Source: a virus
Lineage: Duplodnaviria > Caudoviricetes
Virus record (IMG/VR): IMGVR_UViG_3300010327_000802
Span: 9,201 to 73,200 of that record
DNA: 64,000 bases
Strand: one strand, 5' to 3'
In this document: piece by piece, positions 1-8,722 of the stretch
Position numbering within the stretch: position 1 is the first letter of the stretch
Layout: each line of letters opens with the position of its first letter
Position numbers and translations under genes: made by a program
The notes under the pieces: model-generated
Told to the model about the DNA's origin: nothing
Seen by the model: only the letters and a program-made list of their open reading frames with translations
The model's database searches: none

Positions 1-215
1 TTTCCACTACACCCCTCTACAGTGTAATCAATTGAGTACTGCCAGTCATATGGTGTATATGGCAAATTTGTAGCCAATTCATCAATATACGAACCACTAA
101 AACTGCCAGTACTTATTCCCATTGGTGAACCACCAACCCACAAAGTAGTGGGGCTTGAGGGAACCTTAAATTCCCCGAATTTTATTGCCCACTTTAGATC
201 TGGTCTTATAGCCAT
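1..215 (-). CDS. Partial CDS running off the window (MAIRPDLKWAIKFGEF...); possibly a capsid decoration or other capsid-associated protein
   Basis: ATG at 215 with AAGGAGGT SD; I translated it manually and it is open to base 1; lies downstream of the candidate scaffold gene; function is positional inference. Confidence 0.6.
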   Translation of the reverse strand, partial: MAIRPDLKWAIKFGEFKVPSSPTTLWVGGSPMGISTGSFSGSYIDELATNLPYTPYDWQYSIDYTVEGCSG

Positions 216-283
216 TTTATACCTCCTTGATTTACTTCAATGAACGGAGCATACTTTACTCCATTCTGTTTTCTTATAGCCAT
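206..283 (-). CDS. Possible 25-aa ORF (MAIRKQNGVKYAPFIEVNQGGIKWL)
   Basis: AAAGGAGGT SD plus ATG at 283; its start duplicates the start of the next gene. Confidence 0.3.
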   Translation of the reverse strand: MAIRKQNGVKYAPFIEVNQGGIKWL

Positions 284-293
284 TTTACCTCCT

Positions 294-1499
294 TTATACG
301 ATTTCTCTTAAATCGTGCACAACTCCATCATCATCTACAAGCAGCTGAGCATCTTCTGGCATATTTTCAAGAATTTCAGAAAGAGCTTTTAAATTTTTCT
401 CATCGTAAGTAGCATATACTTTTCTATATTGATTTTTTAACTCTACTGGTATTATTTCTTTTGCTATTAGTTGGTCTACTAAATTTTCTACCAATATAGA
501 AGAAGTTTTCTTTTTGTCCTCTTTAAAAGTTTCTCTCCCAAAGACAGTCTCCCCTTTAGAATCTAGCCCTTTTGGAAGATCCTCTCTACCGAAAATCCTC
601 TCATCTTTCTTTCCGCCGACATCTTCTCTTCCTATTGTTGGTTTCTCCTTTGACATAAACCTCTTAAGGGGTCTTAAGGTCCTTGTTGGAATATCATAGG
701 TGTAATATTCAGGGGGTTCTTCCGTAGATTTTACTTCAATAGAAGCTTCCTTAGGATCAATAACTAAACTAGCAGTAACAGGTAAACTTGTAACTTTATC
801 ATTAAAAGTAAATGTAAGTGAAACCCTTCCTGTAGCTTTATCAATTGAAATAGTTTCAACAGATATGTTTTCAAAAGGAGCACCAACTAAATCAGAAACA
901 GACTTTAATACAGCATTTACAGAAATCTCTCCAGATTCTTGGGGGACAGTTTCTGTTGGTTGCTGCACCTCTTGTGGGGTCTCAGATACTACTTCATTAA
1001 CGTTCATAGTATCCTGGGTATTGCCCACCCCTCCTGGATTAATTTCTATATTTTCAACTCTGTCTGGTCGTTCCATACCTTCCTCCGCAGTCTTTGCCAA
1101 AAATTCTGTGGCTTTTTCTTTAATAGAAGACACCTTTTTTAGTAAGGCATCAAGCTTTTTTTCTATATTTAACTTCTCATCTTTAGAGAAGTCTTTCTCA
1201 AGTTTCGTATTTAATTTTCTATTCATTACATTTTTTCCTCCTTTATTAAGAGACCAATCCTCGTCATATTTAACATTACCTCCTCTCCTAACTTTTTGAA
1301 GATACCTCTTAGTACAACTACATCCTTCTTTTGATTTAACATAAGGTTGTGAATATCTCTTAAGTGGATTATATCGAGGAGAGGATTTATGTCTTTTGTA
1401 AGTTTCTTCAAAATCATCAGCTAAACTTAGTATCTCTTTCTTAGCATCAATAACCTTTTCGACACTTTTTAAAAATTTACTTAAATAATCCTTTGCCAT
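294..1499 (-). CDS. Head-module protein, candidate capsid scaffold (track ORF 294..1544; likely start MAKDYL at 1499)
   Basis: AGGAGG SD before ATG 1499; charged coiled-coil and low-complexity segments; last large gene before the presumed capsid genes. Confidence 0.5.
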   Translation of the reverse strand: MAKDYLSKFLKSVEKVIDAKKEILSLADDFEETYKRHKSSPRYNPLKRYSQPYVKSKEGCSCTKRYLQKVRRGGNVKYDEDWSLNKGGKNVMNRKLNTKLEKDFSKDEKLNIEKKLDALLKKVSSIKEKATEFLAKTAEEGMERPDRVENIEINPGGVGNTQDTMNVNEVVSETPQEVQQPTETVPQESGEISVNAVLKSVSDLVGAPFENISVETISIDKATGRVSLTFTFNDKVTSLPVTASLVIDPKEASIEVKSTEEPPEYYTYDIPTRTLRPLKRFMSKEKPTIGREDVGGKKDERIFGREDLPKGLDSKGETVFGRETFKEDKKKTSSILVENLVDQLIAKEIIPVELKNQYRKVYATYDEKNLKALSEILENMPEDAQLLVDDDGVVHDLREIV

Positions 1500-1509
1500 A
1501 AAATCCTCC

Positions 1510-3987
1510 TTACTGGGAATAGTTCCCAGAAATAAACCCCTCACAAAAGCTATCTAAGTCCGTTATTCCACTATTTTGTAGAATCTCTTTGCATCTTTCC
1601 TTTGCTGAGACTTTATTTTCTTTTGGGATATCTTTCATCCCTTCATTAAGCCTCTTTTTTACTTCCTCAGGTATAGGCGTTTGAGCATTTGTATCTGTAG
1701 TGGGAGGAGTAGGGGGTTGATTAGGATTTGTTACTGTTGAGGGAGTAGGCTGTGTTTCATCTTGGGCTTTCTTTCTTATAGAAGCTCTAGGGGCTTCTCT
1801 AACATTAAAGGAGACATTTTTCCCTCCAGAAGTAGGGCTAAAAGTAACTTGTTTAGATACTGGAGTGGATGGTACTTGTTTTCTTTTCTGTTCTTTACTT
1901 AGTATATTGGTCAATTCCCTTTTGTACCCCTTTTCTACTATTTCCTCAGGAAGAGGAAGATTTTTTAAGTAACTACTTCTCCATCCAGGCCCTTCGACCC
2001 TATCCCTCAAATTAATACAGAATTTTACAGGGTTGATTACTCTGCCGAACATTTTTAAAGTACATCCTCTGATTGGATCTTCAGGGTCGTCTTTCGATAA
2101 AGTGCTCCAGTATTTCTTCACACTTTCCTCAGTCCATCCCTTAGGTAGTCTTTCAAAAATAGAATATTTAACACTACCTTTCTTAAGTGGTCTTTTAACC
2201 AATGCTCTTGTAACCCTCTCTATACCCCCAACTTTATGTAAATAGCGCTTAAGACTAGCCAGCTTCTTTTCAATCTTACGGAGTGCTTCTATGTAAACCT
2301 CTTTTCTATTTTTCCCTATTTCAATTAAAGATTCAGGGGGAAGTGTAGTTTCAGTATAAGATGCATATCTCAGTCCTCTGGAAAGATCTAATATATCCTT
2401 ATAAGTATACCAGTAGCTAGAGAAAAATACCTCTCCCTTTTTGTCATATGTTATTGGGCTTAAAACAAATGCTCCTACTTTTTCAAAATTAAGATTTAAT
2501 GGTTTATGTATATCTAAAGAAGCAAATAGAACTTCTGCTGGCAAATAGATAAAATCCATTCCAGCAAAAGATAAACTAGACATTAGACTTTTTACATATT
2601 CGTCATCAGGTACAAATCTTACATAATCAGAAATAAACGTATCAATATAGTTATCTTCATCAATTGAAGAATGCTTTATTTTAGACAAATTATCCATATA
2701 CTTTTCTAAATCACTACCAAACTCATACAGTAGCTTTCCAATATTTCTATGCTTATAACTACTAACTGCCGATTCTTTAATAAGATAACCAAGATTCTTA
2801 AAACTGGAGGCAACTTTATAGTTTAATTCCGAAGAGGATTTAATATTCTTAATTTCATTAATTATTTCTTCACCCTTATCTGATTTTTTAGCTAAAGTTT
2901 CTATGTCTTTAACTGCTTTATCTATGCTATCTAAAGAAGAAATAGAATCAAAATAACCCTTTTGAGAAATCTTATCTCCAAGACCCTTCACAGATTTCTT
3001 AAAATATTCATAGGTAGGCTTTATTACTTTATAATAATCAATCGTATTGTTTGCTAATTTTGCAAAAACATAAGAAGCTAAATAGATAGAATCTGGGGTG
3101 TAATAAAATCTAAATGGAAATTCATTATAAGAAGAAATTTTCTTTATATTTGGTTTCTTAAAGACATGTATCGAGCTTTCTTTAGGTAAAGAGCCCTCTG
3201 GAGGAGTAGATTGATCTGTGGTTTGTTTCTGCGTTTGTATAGTAGAAGCGGGTTGATTTGAAGTTTGCTTTTGTTCCCGCACATCAGTCTTACTAGGAGT
3301 ACAAGTTCTACTAGTACAACCTTCAGAAGTAGCAAAATAAATCTCTCTCCCACCAAATGCAGAAGCCGCTGAACCACTAGGTAGTTTGGTTACTAAAAAG
3401 TTCATTCCACGCTCAAATGGAATAAGCATATTATCCCCAAAAGGAGTACCTTCCGGGAAAAAATAAGCAAGATACTCTAAAATTCCATCTGGTTTATCCT
3501 TTGTTTTCCTATATGATTCTATTAAAAAACCACCATGTGAAAAAATCCACTTATATCTAGTTTTCTTGCCTTCCTCTACAATACTTTTTCTATTGCCTGA
3601 GTATAAATGCCAAAAGTCTTTAACTTTTCCCTTTACTTCCTCTTTTTCTGTAATAAGTAACATTTCACCTGGATTTCCCTTTACAAGGATAAATGGAGAT
3701 TCTACAGGAGTGGGTAATCCGCACTCCGCCTCAAGGGATTCAGCCTCAACTCTCGCAGTGGCATTAAAGGGAGGAAACCCCACCCCACTAGGCATAATGT
3801 ATTTACAAACGTGAGATAAGCTAGGGTACGAAAGTCTATAAAAATCGTTTTCATTTTCAACTTTATTAGCAGCAAACTTCACATTTTCTATCTTAGATAG
3901 AAAATTATCTAGAGAATATATTAGCCTTTCAGCCTTATCTTTCTCTCTTCTAATTGAATTTATTAAATTGCCTATGGCTACTCTCAT
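1510..3987 (-). CDS. Large uncharacterised head-module protein (825 aa) with LPKGWT...WR domain and P/T/Q linkers
   Basis: Long ORF with AGGAGG SD; modular, with KxAS motifs and two C-x14/15-C helical hairpins. Confidence 0.75.
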   Translation of the reverse strand: MRVAIGNLINSIRREKDKAERLIYSLDNFLSKIENVKFAANKVENENDFYRLSYPSLSHVCKYIMPSGVGFPPFNATARVEAESLEAECGLPTPVESPFILVKGNPGEMLLITEKEEVKGKVKDFWHLYSGNRKSIVEEGKKTRYKWIFSHGGFLIESYRKTKDKPDGILEYLAYFFPEGTPFGDNMLIPFERGMNFLVTKLPSGSAASAFGGREIYFATSEGCTSRTCTPSKTDVREQKQTSNQPASTIQTQKQTTDQSTPPEGSLPKESSIHVFKKPNIKKISSYNEFPFRFYYTPDSIYLASYVFAKLANNTIDYYKVIKPTYEYFKKSVKGLGDKISQKGYFDSISSLDSIDKAVKDIETLAKKSDKGEEIINEIKNIKSSSELNYKVASSFKNLGYLIKESAVSSYKHRNIGKLLYEFGSDLEKYMDNLSKIKHSSIDEDNYIDTFISDYVRFVPDDEYVKSLMSSLSFAGMDFIYLPAEVLFASLDIHKPLNLNFEKVGAFVLSPITYDKKGEVFFSSYWYTYKDILDLSRGLRYASYTETTLPPESLIEIGKNRKEVYIEALRKIEKKLASLKRYLHKVGGIERVTRALVKRPLKKGSVKYSIFERLPKGWTEESVKKYWSTLSKDDPEDPIRGCTLKMFGRVINPVKFCINLRDRVEGPGWRSSYLKNLPLPEEIVEKGYKRELTNILSKEQKRKQVPSTPVSKQVTFSPTSGGKNVSFNVREAPRASIRKKAQDETQPTPSTVTNPNQPPTPPTTDTNAQTPIPEEVKKRLNEGMKDIPKENKVSAKERCKEILQNSGITDLDSFCEGFISGNYSQ

Positions 3988-4468
3988 TTTTCCTCCTTAT
4001 ATATCTAAACTTCTCATCTTCATCAACAAAATATTCTGTGTCTTCATCTTCAATTTCATCCTCATCTTTATATTTCTTGAAAAATAAATTTTTCTCTTCA
4101 TCTATATCGGCAAAAATACCACCCTCTAAAACTTCTTCTGAAAGATCATACACAAACGTTTCAATACCCATAATTATTTCATGTAATATATCTTCTTCTC
4201 CATCGGGTAGGGTTTTATCCTCAACAGATAATTCTTCTAAAATATCAACAAGTAAATTATAACAATAAAGTAAGTTAGAAACTCTGTCAGCTAGAGACCA
4301 AGTGTCCCACTCATAAAACAATATAGTAAAATGAGCTACTAAAGCATTAAACTTATCTATGTCCTTATCAACAGGCTTTCTTTGTTCAACATTTAATTTT
4401 TCCTTGAGAAGATCTATCTTTTTTCCCACTTCTCTTATAATTTCTTTATCAATATTTTTTTCTAACAT
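3950..4468 (-). CDS. Acidic hypothetical protein
   Basis: ORF with AGGAGG SD, in operon. Confidence 0.7.
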   Translation of the reverse strand: MLEKNIDKEIIREVGKKIDLLKEKLNVEQRKPVDKDIDKFNALVAHFTILFYEWDTWSLADRVSNLLYCYNLLVDILEELSVEDKTLPDGEEDILHEIIMGIETFVYDLSEEVLEGGIFADIDEEKNLFFKKYKDEDEIEDEDTEYFVDEDEKFRYIRRKNESSHRQFNKFN

Positions 4469-4847
4469 GTAAAATATCCTCCTTGTCTGAAACTATCTTT
4501 TTTAATTCAACCTCAAAAAGTTCTCCGCTTGAACCATATTCTAATTGTGGAAACCAAGCTACCTTTTCAACAGTATCTTTATATGCAGATTTAATGGGTC
4601 CCTCCATTGGGACTAAGGGTAAATAGTTCTTTTTATTATCATTAAAGTTTTTCTTATAATCTTCATAATATCTTTGATAATAATTTGACACCTTAATATA
4701 GCTTTTTATACAAGGGTCATTCTCAATACACTCATTTATTTTTTTAGAAAGCTCTTCATTTTTAGAAGCTGTTTTTACAAAACTACTCCATTTCATTTTG
4801 GAAAAGTATTTCTTCCAAACATAAGATAGTAAATCAAAGTTTGTCAT
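4449..4847 (-). CDS. Hypothetical head-module protein
   Basis: AGGAGG SD; contains KTAS. Confidence 0.7.
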   Translation of the reverse strand: MTNFDLLSYVWKKYFSKMKWSSFVKTASKNEELSKKINECIENDPCIKSYIKVSNYYQRYYEDYKKNFNDNKKNYLPLVPMEGPIKSAYKDTVEKVAWFPQLEYGSSGELFEVELKKIVSDKEDILHVRKKY

Positions 4848-4894
4848 ATCTCCTCCTATATATAATTAGACTAATAATTTCTTTTAACATAACC

Positions 4895-6031
4895 TCATAT
4901 AGTTTCATCTTTTATAGTCTTCATACAGATATATTTCTTAACAGAGTCTTCTATGGTATACCCTAAATTACTTAATTTATAAATATAATTAAATGAAGAA
5001 GTCCTTATTATATTAAGTTTCTTTAAAGCCTCTATAAGTTCTTCATCAGGGACAGCTGTAAGTAAATTTTCTCTATCAGATACTATAATAGTAGGTTCAG
5101 AAAGTTGCTGTTCTTTCCACTTTAACTCTTTCAGTCTGTTTTTAACAACAGATGAAAGGTCCTCTGGAAACAAAATATTAGTTTCTCTCGAAGATTCTTC
5201 CTCTTGGGGCTTCCCTATTTCGATTCGATCATATGGTGTTTTTTCATATTCTTGAGATTGAGGGTTTCTAAACTTATCACCAAGTGGTTCTACAGCTGAT
5301 TTATTAAAAGAAGCAGTTAATATCTCAAGCATCTTAGCATTTCTATCTGCACCTCTTCCACCAGCCAACCCACGAAGATTGAGTGGACGAATAATAGAGT
5401 CTTCGAAAAAGTCTACTCCATAACAAATTTCAAAAGAAAGCTTTTCTTCCCCAGAAGCAGTTTTAATCTTTTTCATTTTATACACAGCTATGTGTTCACA
5501 GTACTCACTTTCCACAGAAGCTTTCTTCCCACAAATACTACAAATAGAATATTGGACAATAGATCCCATTGAAGTATCAGTAACTTCTCCATTAACAATA
5601 TAATTAACAAGATTTTTATCATACTTTGCAGCAAGTTTCTTATCAATTGCCAATAGATTTTGAATATAATGTCCTGAAAGAGGATCATTTGGATATTGCT
5701 GAGGAACATACCTGCTGTCAAGTACAACTCCAATAATCATATCTGGGCGGTGATCAATGGTAACTCTTTTTCCTATAAAAGTGGAATAGGATTTTTTCAA
5801 CTCTTCATCTGGGAATCCGTCTCCATTATCATTTGGACCAAAAAATTCATAAGCAGAAACAGAATGATTTCTAAGATAAAGATATCTGGCGGGATCAAGC
5901 GTTATTCTCTTAAAACTTGGAATTGCAGAAGCAAACTTTTTAAGTCCAGGTTGATCGGAAAATAAATCTTTCATTTCTCCAACTTCTGATACCTTACTCA
6001 AGCCTAACCAGTACCCAGTTTTTACTAGCAT
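4895..6031 (-). CDS. Putative prohead (capsid maturation) protease, HK97/assemblin-like serine protease with CxxC...CxH insert
   Basis: Pattern NDNGDGF..EL..SYSTF.G.....DH, then TSMG (candidate catalytic His and Ser), CSICG...CEHI, FFEDS and GAD; downstream of the portal. Confidence 0.65.
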   Translation of the reverse strand: MLVKTGYWLGLSKVSEVGEMKDLFSDQPGLKKFASAIPSFKRITLDPARYLYLRNHSVSAYEFFGPNDNGDGFPDEELKKSYSTFIGKRVTIDHRPDMIIGVVLDSRYVPQQYPNDPLSGHYIQNLLAIDKKLAAKYDKNLVNYIVNGEVTDTSMGSIVQYSICSICGKKASVESEYCEHIAVYKMKKIKTASGEEKLSFEICYGVDFFEDSIIRPLNLRGLAGGRGADRNAKMLEILTASFNKSAVEPLGDKFRNPQSQEYEKTPYDRIEIGKPQEEESSRETNILFPEDLSSVVKNRLKELKWKEQQLSEPTIIVSDRENLLTAVPDEELIEALKKLNIIRTSSFNYIYKLSNLGYTIEDSVKKYICMKTIKDETI

Positions 6032-6033
6032 TT

Positions 6034-7224
6034 TTATCCTCCTTTAGTTATCTTTGAAAGTTTTTGGCGTATAAGCTTTGATAGAGAATTGTAACTTTTT
6101 TCCGAAGACTGTTTGACTTCTCCAGCTGACGGGGTAGAAGGGGCAGAAGGGGCAGAAGTAGGAGGTGAAGGAGCATTTGTCTCAGACGTAGGAGTAACCT
6201 CAGTTTGAGTACTTGTTGGTTCTTGTGATGGAGTAAAATGTGTATGTTTATCTGTAGAAAAGCTCTGGTTGCCCATCTCTAAAGTTTCTCCTTCACTTCC
6301 ACTTGGTTCTTCCCATTCTTCTTTTAATTCCTCATCTGTTTCTTGAATAATTCCTGAGGGGAGATATATATAGGTATATTTATTAGGAGTGTTCTTTACA
6401 AATATCATTACAGAGGAAAAAGATGGAAAGTCTAATTTTAATAATTTTCTTTTTGTTTCAATAGAAATTGGAGAAAGAACAACATCCCCTCTACTATTCT
6501 TTGCCTTAATTTCTACCCTAAATAGAATAGTTGAGAAATTAGAAGATATAAACGTATCTTCAATATATATATTATCTTCTAATTCTTCTATAATATTTTT
6601 AGGCAAGTCTCCTGGAATACTAACAGTCCCTACAATAGTGGAAGTAACTTTTGCTTCCTTTAAATATTCTATTGCTTTACTAAACTTTTTTGAAAAATCT
6701 CGTAATATAGTACTTATACCCAATTCTCTTATCTCTGGGGAAACAGCTGCAATCTCATCTGCAATAATATTAAATATAGCCCTCTTAGTTGCTTTGTCCT
6801 TCGTCATTAAAAATTGAGTAAGAAAATTATTAATTAGAGCAACCCTAATTATATCATCTTTATATCTTTCGGCTTTCTTCAGAATCTCTTTACTTTTTTC
6901 AAATTTATGAGATAAAGAAGATATATCTTCAATAATCGTATCTTCAAACAGATTTTCTTTCAACATTTCTTTTGCAGTCTTAACTAAATTTTCAGCAGTG
7001 GAATGAAACTTATCTGATAGAATAGTCCTTACTATTTCTACAAAAGAAGAATCTGGGATAAAATCAGAAGAAAGTGAATTTATAGAAGCATTTTTTCCTT
7101 TAAATTCCTCAGAAACAGCAAAAACTAGAAAATCTTTTTCAATTCCTAAAAATAAAGGAGCTAATGATAGAGACGAAAAATGTTTAGCTGCAAAAGGATA
7201 ATCTCGGCAATGTATTATTCTCAT
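6034..7224 (-). CDS. Hypothetical head-module protein with P/S/T-rich tail
   Basis: Long ORF in operon. Confidence 0.75.
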   Translation of the reverse strand: MRIIHCRDYPFAAKHFSSLSLAPLFLGIEKDFLVFAVSEEFKGKNASINSLSSDFIPDSSFVEIVRTILSDKFHSTAENLVKTAKEMLKENLFEDTIIEDISSLSHKFEKSKEILKKAERYKDDIIRVALINNFLTQFLMTKDKATKRAIFNIIADEIAAVSPEIRELGISTILRDFSKKFSKAIEYLKEAKVTSTIVGTVSIPGDLPKNIIEELEDNIYIEDTFISSNFSTILFRVEIKAKNSRGDVVLSPISIETKRKLLKLDFPSFSSVMIFVKNTPNKYTYIYLPSGIIQETDEELKEEWEEPSGSEGETLEMGNQSFSTDKHTHFTPSQEPTSTQTEVTPTSETNAPSPPTSAPSAPSTPSAGEVKQSSEKSYNSLSKLIRQKLSKITKGG

Positions 7225-7421
7225 TAAATCTGCTCCTTTTTCTCTTCAGGTTCCTCCTCCTTTCCTTCATGTTTTAAATTCTTTTTAATTCTCCCTTTTT
7301 TCGTTTCTTTATCTTCCTTTTTTAATGAGGCAATTCTTTTCTGAACCTCAGCATCCTTTTCAGATACAACCTCTAATATTTTTCCTTCTTTTTTTCCAAA
7401 TTTAATTATAGGCATAGTCAC
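7224..7421 (-). CDS. Small K/E-rich hypothetical protein
   Basis: GGGG SD, translationally coupled. Confidence 0.6.
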   Translation of the reverse strand: MTMPIIKFGKKEGKILEVVSEKDAEVQKRIASLKKEDKETKKGRIKKNLKHEGKEEEPEEKKEQI

Positions 7422-7426
7422 ACCCC

Positions 7427-8647
7427 CTATTCTTCAACTCTTTCCAAATATGCTGTACCGTCTTCATCAAGAACAACTCTCCAAAATGTAGTCGAAGAGT
7501 CTTTCAAGTCAGACCTTATCTTCCTTCTGATTTTAACTTTTCTGTTGCCCTCCTCTATATCAGAGAGAACAAGCTTTCCGTAAAGACTTTCTACCTTAGT
7601 CAAAAACTGATTATCAACAGTTGCTTCCACTTTACCAATACCCTCTATTTCATATTCTTTTACATCTAAAATATCCGCAAGTCTATCTAGAAGTGCACCT
7701 TTAATTACTATATTATTTTCTTCATCAACACTTAAAGTTTCTATTGAATTAAGAAAGATGTCACCTTTATTGAAACGCACACTGTAGTTGTATGAAGCGG
7801 TGTCCTTGTCCTCTATACCTAGTGGAATCACTTCTAGATTATACTCTTTTGGGTCTAACCCCCATTCATTTAATTTAGATGCATATACCGAACAAACAAA
7901 AGAAGCTAATTTTACTTCTCTATCTCCTTCTGGATCGTATACATAATTAATTTCTTCTAATTCAGGTATAGATTTCTCAATCATCTCATCAACTTCTTTT
8001 TTATACCTTTCAGTCGATTTTAATTCCTTTCTCCTTTTGTCAATTTGTTTAGAGAGTTGACTAATAGCATCAAGTGAAGAAGCCCCAGTTAAAAAATCCA
8101 CCCAATTAGCATTATCTTCATCGTAAACAACGTTCTTTGATTTTTCCGTGCCAGCCATTCCATAAACAATTGAAGAGGAAACTTTGTTCTTGTATTCTTG
8201 CCCTACAGTAAAATTATGAATAAACTGGTAGGGATTTTGTAGAACAACATTGTCACTTGTTTTGTATGGGTATTTAATTGAGGATGCTACCTTTTTTACA
8301 GCAGAATCATAGGATATAGAAATCACCTTATATTTTCCATCAATAACGTACTCTGTAACTCCAGCTTCCTTAAGAAGATCGGTTAATTTTTCTTTATCAT
8401 AGGAATACATTTTCATCACAGTACCAAATATATTCTTAGATTTTGAAGAGCGAACAATTTTTAACTCTTGGTCTATTGGTAATTGCAATGTAACAAAATT
8501 TTCAGTTGGGTTCCCAGCCGAAAATTTTCTGAGTTTTATAATGACATTATTAGACTTTTCATCAAAGTCTACATCTATATCTTCTTCCCTAAAACCATAC
8601 CCCGATAGTATGGTAATAAAGTGTTCTCTTATTTCGTTATCCTGCAT
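7427..8647 (-). CDS. Hypothetical head-module protein
   Basis: AAGGAGGT SD; KVAS and KLAS motifs. Confidence 0.75.
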   Translation of the reverse strand: MQDNEIREHFITILSGYGFREEDIDVDFDEKSNNVIIKLRKFSAGNPTENFVTLQLPIDQELKIVRSSKSKNIFGTVMKMYSYDKEKLTDLLKEAGVTEYVIDGKYKVISISYDSAVKKVASSIKYPYKTSDNVVLQNPYQFIHNFTVGQEYKNKVSSSIVYGMAGTEKSKNVVYDEDNANWVDFLTGASSLDAISQLSKQIDKRRKELKSTERYKKEVDEMIEKSIPELEEINYVYDPEGDREVKLASFVCSVYASKLNEWGLDPKEYNLEVIPLGIEDKDTASYNYSVRFNKGDIFLNSIETLSVDEENNIVIKGALLDRLADILDVKEYEIEGIGKVEATVDNQFLTKVESLYGKLVLSDIEEGNRKVKIRRKIRSDLKDSSTTFWRVVLDEDGTAYLERVEE

Positions 8648-8695
8648 TACTTATTACCTCCTTATATTTTATATTTTTCCAAACTTGAAACTATA

Positions 8696-8712
8696 ACTAC
8701 AAAGTTTGTAGT
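8696..8712. promoter_or_regulatory. 8-1-8 palindrome ACTACAAAGTTTGTAGT in the intergenic gap after the portal; candidate operator
   Basis: Palindrome seen directly; on the minus strand it lies immediately upstream of TATAGT, a -10-like hexamer. Confidence 0.35.
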
Positions 8713-8722
8713 CAAAAAATTA

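Noticed and set aside
4864-4875. AATTAGACTAAT repeated at about 51448
   Set aside because: An AT-rich 12-mer that is plausible by chance in 64 kb
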